12,036 nucleotides of DNA, taken from assembly GCA_027031765.1 (NCBI GenBank), contig JALVPN010000012.1, positions 2,741 to 14,776 on the forward strand, in the 5' to 3' direction. The DNA comes from Promethearchaeota archaeon. GTDB lineage: Archaea; Asgardarchaeota; Thorarchaeia; Thorarchaeales; Thorarchaeaceae. The position numbers were made by a program, and so were the translations under genes. Below, one piece after another: positions 1 through 7,619 of the stretch (positions are counted from its first letter, which is position 1; every line of letters begins with the position of its first letter). The notes under the pieces were generated by a model. The model was not told the DNA's origin. It was given only the letters and a program-made list of their open reading frames with translations, and ran no database searches.

Positions 1-420
1 TTCCTCGTCAGCTCCGTGGCTGCAGTGGGCCTCGTACCCTTCGATGCCCCGGTGGCCGACTCGGAGGTGCTGTTCGGCTGGCGGACGGAGTTCTCAGGCA
101 TCTACTTCACCATGACGTACTTTGCGGAGTTCGCAGAGCAGCTCCTGTACAGTGCACTGATGGTCTCCCTGTTCCTTGGCGGCTCCAATGGGCTGCCATA
201 CGTACCACCAGTAGTGAACTTCCTCATCAAGCTCCTCGTGGTGCTCTTCGTGTTCATCGTTGTGACGTCAGCGTTCTACCGGATCCGACAGGACCAGATC
301 GTGCGGTACAGCTGGAAGTACCTGCTGCCACTGTCCGTGCTGAACATCGCACTTGCCCTCGTGGCAGTTGCCTACATCCCCGGACTGGCAGCCGCCCTCG
401 GGACAACAGGAGGTGGGTAA
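1..420 (+). CDS. nuoH: Complex I-like membrane subunit H (NuoH/ND1 family), C-terminal part; 5'-truncated by the window edge
   Basis: Frame 1 is open from base 1 (FLVSSVAAVGLVPFD...) to TAA 418-420. It has ND1-family motifs PFDxPxAxSE, G-W-x-TEFSG, FAE, LFLGG, RxRxDQ and WKxLLPL, and lies directly upstream of nuoI. Confidence 0.92.
   Translation, partial: FLVSSVAAVGLVPFDAPVADSEVLFGWRTEFSGIYFTMTYFAEFAEQLLYSALMVSLFLGGSNGLPYVPPVVNFLIKLLVVLFVFIVVTSAFYRIRQDQIVRYSWKYLLPLSVLNIALALVAVAYIPGLAAALGTTGGG
409..415 (+). promoter_or_regulatory. Shine-Dalgarno-like site for nuoI; analogous sites at 837-841, 2351-2356, 4555-4561 and 6104-6109
   Basis: GGAGGTG-type sequence, complementary to the 16S 3' end, lies 6-8 nt before each of five consecutive internal start codons. 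Gene gaps are -4 to +12 nt. Confidence 0.7.
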
Positions 421-421
421 G

Positions 422-853
422 ATGGGAGCACTCGCGACGCTGGGCGACATGTTCAGGATACTCAGGCACGTGTTCCGCCAGATATTCACGCGGCCGTTCA
501 CGTACTTCTACCCCTTTGAGGACCGTTACTACCCTGAGCGGACCCGGGGCAGGCACATCCACATCCGTGAGAACTGCACCGGCTGCGGACAGTGCGTGAG
601 GGCATGCCCTACTGTGGCGATCAGGATTGACAAGTCCGACCGCAAGTACGAGAAGGACGCTGCCCTCTACTTTGACTATACGAGGTGCATCTTCTGTGGC
701 CTGTGCGTCCAGGCCTGCAGGTTCAATGCACTGTTCCACACAAAGGTCGTGGACATCAGCGAGGGGGAGAGAGAAGACCTCCTCTACGGCCCTGACAAGA
801 TCACCACGCTTGACAGGGAGCCCCTCGAGTGGCGCGGGAGGCGGTTCCGATGA
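422..853 (+). CDS. nuoI: Complex I-like 2x[4Fe-4S] ferredoxin subunit I (NuoI family), 143 aa
   Basis: ATG 422 follows SD-like GGAGGTG (409-415), 1 nt after the nuoH stop. Contains T-x-x-YP-F-E, RGRH, CTGCGQCVRACP and CIFCGLCVQAC, and C-terminal R-x-DLLY. The ORF-track start at 353 is upstream inside nuoH and is not favoured. Confidence 0.92.
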   Translation: MGALATLGDMFRILRHVFRQIFTRPFTYFYPFEDRYYPERTRGRHIHIRENCTGCGQCVRACPTVAIRIDKSDRKYEKDAALYFDYTRCIFCGLCVQACRFNALFHTKVVDISEGEREDLLYGPDKITTLDREPLEWRGRRFR

Positions 854-2352
854 TACCGTTCATGGCACTGTCACTGGCAACGCTCTTCTTCGGTGGACTC
901 TTCATCTACATGGCCAAAGAGGCCTTGGGTCATGGTGCGGGGCGCGTTGCTACCGCCATCGCCGCGGTCTCTGCGGGCCTGATGGCACCACCCTTCTATC
1001 AGGCCTTCGTCGCGCGGACGGCCGTGCGGGAGGAGATGCATTGGTCAGAGGTGATGGGCAGCTTCGGCCTGTACCTCGATGGCATTGCGGCCCCCATCAC
1101 ACTGGCAGTGGTCGTCCTGGGCCTACTCTCAGTCCTGTACGCTGTCGGGTACACCGAGCACACTGAGCACAGGGCCACGTTCTTTGCCAACCACCTGTTC
1201 TTCGTCATGGGCATGCAGTGGGTGACCCTGGCCACCAACCTGCTTGAGTTCTTCATCGCGTGGGAGATCATGCTGGTGCCCAGCTACTTCCTCATCCTCT
1301 TCTGGGGGCTGCCCGAAACACGCCGCAGGACTGCCATGAAGTTCTGGCTCTACACACAGTCCGGCGCCATGTGTATCCTTGTGGGCTTTGGCCTGCTGTA
1401 CTACTTTACCGGCTCGTTCGAGATGGACACGATAGTCCAGCTCCTGCCCACGTTCATCGGACAGCTTGATGCCCTCAAGCTCATCTTCGTACTGCTGGCC
1501 GCCGGGTTTCTGGTCAAGATGGCAGTGTTCCCACTCCACTGGTGGCTGCCACCCGTGCACGCTGAGGCGCCCACTCCCATCTCGGTACTGCTGTCGGGTG
1601 CGATGATAGAGACCGGCGCATACGCACTGGTGCGGTTCGGCACCATCATGCTCGGCCCTGCTGCTGCAGCCCTCTCATTTGGCCTCGGCGTGCTGGGCGT
1701 GCTGACCATGTTCTATGGTGGCCTCATGGCCCTCGTGCAGGCGGACATAAAGAGGCTCCTCGCATACTCCTCGGTCTCACAGATGGGCTACGTCCTGTTC
1801 GCACTGGGGATGTACACGACCTACGGGGTCGCAGGTGGGCTCTTCCACCTGATAGGCCATGCCTTCTCAAAGGGCCTCCTGTTCATGACCGCCGGCGCCG
1901 TGATACACCAGACCGGCCTGCGCGATGTCCACAAGATGGGTGGCCTGTCCAACAAGATGCCCGTGACCGCGTTCTCAGCTGCCATCGGCGCCATGAGCAT
2001 TGCTGGCAGCCCGCCACTGGTGGGTTTCATCGGTGAGTTGATGATGTTCCTCGGCGGCTTCCAGGCCGCCATGGTCAGCGGTACCGGGGTGGCCAGGCCC
2101 GAGTTCCTGTTCCTCGGCATAGTCGCGGTGTCGAGCTCGATACTGAGCGCCGGGTACATGCTCAGGTTCATTGCAAAGGTCTTCCTGGGCCCGAGCCCAG
2201 AGGAGCTCGAAGAGGTCACAGAGGCCCCACGGACGATGACTGCTGCCATGGCCCTGCTGGCAGCCCTCATAGTGGTGTTCGGGATATTCCCCGGCCCCGC
2301 CCTGGACGTGATATTCCCTGCTGTGGAGGCGATCAGCAACATAATACCGTGA
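850..2352 (+). CDS. Additional proton-pumping antiporter-like subunit (NuoM/MrpD-like), 500 aa
   Basis: ATGA overlap with the nuoI stop (850-853) and GGAGG at 837-841. Polytopic hydrophobic protein with LDG, FFIAWE (TM5 Glu), KFWLYT, VKMAVFPLHWWLP-x-x-HAEAPTP (TM7 Lys), LLAYSSVSQMG, HAFSKGLLF and PPLVGFIGE. Family membership is clear, but the subfamily (NuoM vs MrpD/MbhH-like) is ambiguous. Confidence 0.88.
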   Translation: MIPFMALSLATLFFGGLFIYMAKEALGHGAGRVATAIAAVSAGLMAPPFYQAFVARTAVREEMHWSEVMGSFGLYLDGIAAPITLAVVVLGLLSVLYAVGYTEHTEHRATFFANHLFFVMGMQWVTLATNLLEFFIAWEIMLVPSYFLILFWGLPETRRRTAMKFWLYTQSGAMCILVGFGLLYYFTGSFEMDTIVQLLPTFIGQLDALKLIFVLLAAGFLVKMAVFPLHWWLPPVHAEAPTPISVLLSGAMIETGAYALVRFGTIMLGPAAAALSFGLGVLGVLTMFYGGLMALVQADIKRLLAYSSVSQMGYVLFALGMYTTYGVAGGLFHLIGHAFSKGLLFMTAGAVIHQTGLRDVHKMGGLSNKMPVTAFSAAIGAMSIAGSPPLVGFIGELMMFLGGFQAAMVSGTGVARPEFLFLGIVAVSSSILSAGYMLRFIAKVFLGPSPEELEEVTEAPRTMTAAMALLAALIVVFGIFPGPALDVIFPAVEAISNIIP

Positions 2353-2364
2353 GGTGCACAGAGA

Positions 2365-4566
2365 ATGCTCTTCGGACTGCCGTACTATCTCATCCTTGTG
2401 CTCCCCCTTGCAGGTGGGCTGCTGGTGCCCGTGGTGGGACGCATCAGCGCAAAGGCCCGCGACTGGACGCCTGCAGTCATAATGGGTATTGCCATGGTCT
2501 TCTGCTGGTCGCTCCTGCCCGAGGTCAACAGCCCCACAGGCACGACCAGCTGGGTCTGGGTCGCAGCGCTTGACCTGCGCTTCGGAGTCCTCCTCGACCC
2601 GCTCTCTGTGGTCATGGCCGTACTGTCGAGCACGCTGTGTTTCCTGATCTATGTCTACTCCACCGAGTACATGGCCCACGAGGACGACCGTGACAGGTTC
2701 TTCTTCCTCATGCTCACATTCGGTGGGGGTATGCTCACCCTCGTGCTCAGCGACAACCTCCTCATCGCCTTCATCGGCTGGGAGATCATGGGCTTCTGTT
2801 CTTACGGCCTCATCGGTTTCTGGAACGACAAGAAGAACCCCCCTGAGAGGGAGCCCGACGGCATTGAGTACAGGAACCCGCTCCTGCAGTTCGAGACCGA
2901 GGGCGAGTACAACACCCACTGCGGGACAAAGGCGTTCATTGTCACCAGGATAGGTGACGCGTTCATGCTCGGGGGGATACTCCTGCTGTTCCTGTTCACC
3001 GGCACCTTCTCGTTCACGGAGATGGCAGAGGACGCACAGGGCTGGTGGGAGGTGATGTCGGGCATCGGCATGCTCGTACCCACCTTCTTGCTCATCTTTG
3101 CAGGCGCCATTGGCAAGTCCGGACAGGCGCCGCTCCAGGTCTGGCTACCCGAGGCCATGGCCGGCCCGACATCTGTGAGTGCGCTCATCCACGCAGCGAC
3201 CATGGTGAAGGCTGGTGTCTACATCACGGCCCGTTTCCTGGTCACCATGGCAGGTGCTGCCGGCAGTGAGGGCACCACCGGCCACGCGTTCCTGCCACTC
3301 CAGATGGTCGGCATGGGTGCTGCGTCCCAGTTCTTCACGGTGGTGGCAGTGGTCGGGGCAGTGACTGCGCTCATGACCGCCACCATGGGCATGGTGTCCA
3401 ACGAACTGAAACAGGTGCTCGCATTCAGCACCCTGAGCCAGCTCGGGTACATGATGCTGGCCATCGGCACCGGCGGTCTCCTCGCCCACTATGAGGAGGC
3501 ATACCTGAGTGGTGTCCTCCATGTCGTCAGTCACGGTGCCTTCAAGGCACTCCTGTTCCTCGCCTCTGGGGGCATCATCCACGCCCTGCACACCAAGTAC
3601 ATGACGAAGATGGGCGGGCTCAAGGAACACATGCGCAAGACGTTCATAGTGATGTGGGTGGGCGTACTGGCGCTGTCAGGGATCCCGCCGTTCTCAGGCT
3701 TCTGGTCAAAGGACTCCATAATCGAGTACACCTACGAGCTCGCGCTCCACGAGCCGCTCGGACTCGTACTGTTCGCGTTCGCCGTGCTCGCAGCAGCATG
3801 CACGATATTCTACAGCATCCGGCTCATGGGGCTCACATTCTACGGCCCGCCAAGGGGCCAGGGCGGCGACAGTGAGGACGGGCACGCAGGTCACGGTCAC
3901 GGGGAGGGACACATGCCCCACGACCCCGGCCCGGCCATGATGGTCCCACTGTACATCCTCGCAGCATTCACCGTCCTCGCCTTTGCCGTGTTCCCGTTCA
4001 TCGAGGCGCTGGTGCTCCAGACCGGGCCGCTGACGGCAGAGGGGTGGGCCGAAACGCTGGGACACATGGTGGCCGCAAAGGTGACCATGCCCGGCCTCGT
4101 CCCGTTCGTACTGACAGTGGCGGCCCTGCTGGTCGGTGGGATACCGGCCTACGTCATCTACATACGGAACGCGGACACACCGAACAGGCTCGTACCCGAG
4201 TCCGGGGTCAGGCGGAGGGTCTACAACTTCCTCCGTCACAGGTGGTACATCAACGAACTGTACTACTGGCTGCTGTACCAGTTCCTGCGGGTGACGAGCT
4301 GGTGGCGGGAGCACGTGGACAACCGTGTGATTGACGGGATTGACTTCAAGTCCGCTGACACCGCCGTCTCGCTCTCCGGCCGCGTGCGCTGGTTCGACGA
4401 CCACGTTGTCGACGGCCTCGCTGAGGGCATCTCGAGGACAAGTGTTGGGATTTCAGAGAGCGGCCAGGCCGTGCAGACGGGCCGGGTCAATGACTACGTG
4501 TCGATGATGATGTTCGGCATCGGGATGCTCGTACTCATCGTCCTGATAACCCTGGGGGTGATATGA
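2365..4566 (+). CDS. nuoL: Complex I-like subunit L (NuoL/ND5 family), 733 aa, with extended lateral helix
   Basis: SD-like GAGGTG 2351-2356. Motifs LLDPLS, YSxxYM, DNLL, GWEIMGFCSYGLIGFW, KAFIVTRIGD, GKSGQAPLQVWLPEAMAGPTSVSALIHAATMVKAG, LAFSTLSQLGYM, HGAFKALLFL, GIPPFSGFWSKD, WYINELY, QTG and a terminal TM helix. Confidence 0.95.
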   Translation: MLFGLPYYLILVLPLAGGLLVPVVGRISAKARDWTPAVIMGIAMVFCWSLLPEVNSPTGTTSWVWVAALDLRFGVLLDPLSVVMAVLSSTLCFLIYVYSTEYMAHEDDRDRFFFLMLTFGGGMLTLVLSDNLLIAFIGWEIMGFCSYGLIGFWNDKKNPPEREPDGIEYRNPLLQFETEGEYNTHCGTKAFIVTRIGDAFMLGGILLLFLFTGTFSFTEMAEDAQGWWEVMSGIGMLVPTFLLIFAGAIGKSGQAPLQVWLPEAMAGPTSVSALIHAATMVKAGVYITARFLVTMAGAAGSEGTTGHAFLPLQMVGMGAASQFFTVVAVVGAVTALMTATMGMVSNELKQVLAFSTLSQLGYMMLAIGTGGLLAHYEEAYLSGVLHVVSHGAFKALLFLASGGIIHALHTKYMTKMGGLKEHMRKTFIVMWVGVLALSGIPPFSGFWSKDSIIEYTYELALHEPLGLVLFAFAVLAAACTIFYSIRLMGLTFYGPPRGQGGDSEDGHAGHGHGEGHMPHDPGPAMMVPLYILAAFTVLAFAVFPFIEALVLQTGPLTAEGWAETLGHMVAAKVTMPGLVPFVLTVAALLVGGIPAYVIYIRNADTPNRLVPESGVRRRVYNFLRHRWYINELYYWLLYQFLRVTSWWREHVDNRVIDGIDFKSADTAVSLSGRVRWFDDHVVDGLAEGISRTSVGISESGQAVQTGRVNDYVSMMMFGIGMLVLIVLITLGVI

Positions 4567-4567
4567 G

Positions 4568-6112
4568 ATGCAGCTCGCAACCGCCACTGATATCCTCAAC
4601 AGCCTGCCAATGGATGTGCTCCCACTGATGCTCCTCCTGCCCCTGGGAGGCGCCGTGGTCGCATACGCCCTCGGGGACCGTGGGGCCCGGGCCGTGACGC
4701 TCCTTGTCTCTGCCGCCGAGCTGGTGCTCTCAGTCGTCCTGGCACTGGCCTTTGACCCGTCAATCGCACCGTCAGACCCAAGTGCCGGGATGCAGTACGT
4801 CTGGTCGGTGACCGTCGGCAGGATACGGGCGGGCGGCAGCGAGACGGACCTCCAGTTCCTGGTGGGCGTCGACGGCATCTCTGTGGTCATGGTTGTCCTC
4901 TCGAACCTGGTGGTGTTCATTGCGGTGCTCGCATCACACCACATCCATGAGGCCCAGACCATGTACTATGCGCTCCTACAGACACTGATGACAGGCCTGC
5001 TGGGAGTGTTCATGGCCCTCGACCTCATTGCCTTCTTCGTCTTCTGGGAGCTCGTCCTGATACCGATGTTCTTCATCATTGGCCGCTGGGGCGAGGAGGG
5101 CTGCCAGCACGCTGCAGTCAAGTTCTTCATCTACACCCACCTCGGTTCAGTAGTGATGCTGGTCGGTTTCTTCGTGCTGTACTTTGTTGCCGAGCCACAC
5201 ACCTTCAACATGGTGGCGCTCCGGAACATGGGGCTGCCACCTGAGGTGCAGGTCGGCTTTGCGCTGGCCGTGTTCATGGGTGCAGGGGTGAAGCTCCCTG
5301 TGTGGCCGCTGCACAACTGGCTCCCCTGGGCACACGTGAAGGCACCCACGCCCGGTTCCGTGATCCTCGCAGGCATCCTGCTAAAGATGGGTGGCTACGG
5401 CTTCATACGACTCGGCCTCTGGATGGTGCCTGACGCCTTCGCGAGGCTCGGTATCGTCTTCGCCGCCCTCGCAGTGTTCACGTGCGTCTATGCAGCCCTC
5501 ACCGCCATGGCCCAGACCGACCTCAAGAGCATGGTGGCGTACACGTCCATCAACCACATGTCGTGGGTGCTGCTTGGTGTCGCAGTGGCCGCAGTGGGCA
5601 TGCAGCTGGGCCTCCAGTCTGCTGCGTCCCTGGCCGTCCAGGGGGCGGTGTTCATGATGTTCTCCCACGGGACAATCATCTCCGTCATGTTCATCATGGC
5701 AGGTCAGCTCAAGTACTCGGCCGGCACGAGAGAGATCCCAGAGGTCAGGGGACTGATGGAACGTGCACCACGCCTCTCCCGAGTGCTCGTCGTCGCGTCG
5801 CTTGCAGCCTTCGGCCTGCCGGGCTTCAGCGGCTTCGTTGCAGAGGCACTCGTCCTCTTCGGCTCTGTCAACGTCTACATCTGGACGGCGCTGATTGCGT
5901 TCGGGGTCTTCTTCACTGTGGGCTACCTGCTGTGGACACTGAACAGGATAGTGTTCAGCGACCCCGACCCGGAGGCGGAGGTCACAGACGCCACGGCTGC
6001 CGACCTCATAGCACCGGTACTGATGATGGTGCCTGTGTTGCTGCTCGGGGTCTGGCCAGACCTGGTGCTCACGCTGGTCGCGCCCGTGGCACAGTTCATG
6101 CTGGGAGGTTGA
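4568..6112 (+). CDS. nuoM: Complex I-like subunit M (NuoM/ND4 family), 514 aa
   Basis: ATG 1 nt after the nuoL stop, SD-like GGGGTGA 4555-4561. Canonical NuoM motifs GVDGIS, DLxxFFVFWELVLIPMFFIIGxWG, KFFIYT, VKLPVWPLHNWLPWAHVKAPTPGSVILAGILLKMGGYG, AYTSINHM, SHG, GLPGFSGFVAE and GVWP. Confidence 0.95.
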   Translation: MQLATATDILNSLPMDVLPLMLLLPLGGAVVAYALGDRGARAVTLLVSAAELVLSVVLALAFDPSIAPSDPSAGMQYVWSVTVGRIRAGGSETDLQFLVGVDGISVVMVVLSNLVVFIAVLASHHIHEAQTMYYALLQTLMTGLLGVFMALDLIAFFVFWELVLIPMFFIIGRWGEEGCQHAAVKFFIYTHLGSVVMLVGFFVLYFVAEPHTFNMVALRNMGLPPEVQVGFALAVFMGAGVKLPVWPLHNWLPWAHVKAPTPGSVILAGILLKMGGYGFIRLGLWMVPDAFARLGIVFAALAVFTCVYAALTAMAQTDLKSMVAYTSINHMSWVLLGVAVAAVGMQLGLQSAASLAVQGAVFMMFSHGTIISVMFIMAGQLKYSAGTREIPEVRGLMERAPRLSRVLVVASLAAFGLPGFSGFVAEALVLFGSVNVYIWTALIAFGVFFTVGYLLWTLNRIVFSDPDPEAEVTDATAADLIAPVLMMVPVLLLGVWPDLVLTLVAPVAQFMLGG

Positions 6113-6116
6113 ACAC

Positions 6117-7619
6117 ATGGTGTTACCGCTACAGCTCAGTGACTTGTTGCAGGCGCTCACGGCGCCTATACGTGATGTCCTCGTGCGGTTCGTCCCGGAA
6201 CAGTGGATGGGCTCGCTGCCCGCCCTGACCCTCGTCCTCTTCGCTGTGCTGGCCCTCCTCGTGGGCCGACACGTCAACCCGCTCCCTGTGAGCCTGCTCG
6301 GCGTCGTCCTGTCGGCGGTCACAGTCGTGACCCTTGACGCATCGACATACGGTAGCTCCTTCGGGGGACTGTTCGTCAGGGACGCGTTCTCAGACTTCTT
6401 CATCTACATCATCCTCATCGTGGCGGTGCTCGTCCTCGTCTCTTCCACTCTCTATGGTGGTGACAAGGGGCCCTACGACTTCCTCCTCCTGACATCCATG
6501 GCCGGTGCCATCTGGGTGGTCATGGCCACAGACCTCGTGGGCCTGTTCCTCGCCTGGGAGCTCATGTCGACCCCCACCTATGTGCTCACCGCCCTCGGCC
6601 CTCACAGGGGGGCTGTCGACGGCGCCGTGAAGTACTTCGTGATGGGGATGATGGCCTCTGCACTGATGCTGTTCGGGATTGCCCTTGTCTATGGCGTGAC
6701 CGGCAGCACCGAGCTGGCGACGGTAGCTCAGACCCTCAACACGATGTCTGCCGACCCGACGGTGGCCCCCACGATGTCACCGACCGTGCTCCTCGCCGTC
6801 GTGCTGTTCATCCTCTCCTTCGGCTTCAAGACCGGCATATTCCCGGGCTGGATGTGGGTGCCGGACACATACTCGACCGCTGACGGCAGCGTAACGGCCT
6901 ACCTCGCAGGTGCGACCAAGAAGACAGGTGTGAGCGCCCTCGTCAGGATCCTCATGGTCGGCCTGCTCGTGTCACAGCTTGAGTGGACCCTCCTGCTGGT
7001 AGTCGTCTCCATAATGACCATGGTCATAGGCAATGTCCTTGCGCTGGCGCAGAAGAACATCATGAGAATGCTCGCCTACTCGAGCATCGCAATGATGGGA
7101 TACCTCTTCATCGGGCTGGCAGCAGGCACTGAGTTCGGCCTCGCAGCAGCCATCTTCCATGCATTCATCCACGCCCTCCTCAAGACCACAGCCTTCATAC
7201 TCGTCTGGGCCATGGCGGTCAGGCTCAGAAAGGTGATAACATATGACGACCTGGTCGGGCTCAGCGAGCGCTCGCCACTCGCGGCTGCCCTGCTGTGCCT
7301 CGCCGTGTTGGGTCTGCTCGGCGTGCCGGTGACTGGCGGCTTCTGGTCAAAGCTATTCCTGTTTCAGAGCGCCGTGGAGGCCGACATGTGGTGGCTGGCC
7401 CTGATAGGGGCGCTGAACACGGTATTCTCACTGGGCTACTACCTCCGGGTGGTGAGGTCGTGCTACATGGCCGCACCGACAAGGGATGACACCGTTGCGC
7501 TTGCAAGAGGACCACTCATCGTGTCCGTGCTGGCCATGCTGGTGGCGACTGTGCTAGCAGTTGTGCCTGGCCTCGTGTTCGACTATGCCCTTGTTGCAGC
7601 CCGTGCAGTGATGGGCTAA
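6117..7619 (+). CDS. nuoN: Complex I-like subunit N (NuoN/ND2 family), 500 aa
   Basis: SD-like GGAGGT 6104-6109. Motifs DLVGLFLAWELMSTPTYVL, KYFVMG, LFGIALVYGxTGS, FGFKTG, WVPDxY, GNVLALAQKNIxRMLAYSSIA and GxPxTGGFWSKLFLF, in the terminal position after nuoM. Confidence 0.9.
   Translation: MVLPLQLSDLLQALTAPIRDVLVRFVPEQWMGSLPALTLVLFAVLALLVGRHVNPLPVSLLGVVLSAVTVVTLDASTYGSSFGGLFVRDAFSDFFIYIILIVAVLVLVSSTLYGGDKGPYDFLLLTSMAGAIWVVMATDLVGLFLAWELMSTPTYVLTALGPHRGAVDGAVKYFVMGMMASALMLFGIALVYGVTGSTELATVAQTLNTMSADPTVAPTMSPTVLLAVVLFILSFGFKTGIFPGWMWVPDTYSTADGSVTAYLAGATKKTGVSALVRILMVGLLVSQLEWTLLLVVVSIMTMVIGNVLALAQKNIMRMLAYSSIAMMGYLFIGLAAGTEFGLAAAIFHAFIHALLKTTAFILVWAMAVRLRKVITYDDLVGLSERSPLAAALLCLAVLGLLGVPVTGGFWSKLFLFQSAVEADMWWLALIGALNTVFSLGYYLRVVRSCYMAAPTRDDTVALARGPLIVSVLAMLVATVLAVVPGLVFDYALVAARAVMG

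Noticed and set aside
686-733. Second NuoI cluster motif ends C-R-F-N-A instead of C-P
   Set aside because: All eight Cys ligands are present, and the substitution is minor and seen in other ferredoxin-like domains.
3862-3925. His/Gly-rich loop in NuoL (GGDSEDGHAGHGHGEGHMPHD)
   Set aside because: His-rich loops at this position are common in NuoL/ND5 homologues.
1975-6403. Long antisense or alternate-frame ORFs (e.g. 1975-2919, 3706-4404, 5381-6403, 5482-6228)
   Set aside because: They fully overlap well-supported nuo genes and are typical shadows of GC-rich codon bias, with no family motifs.
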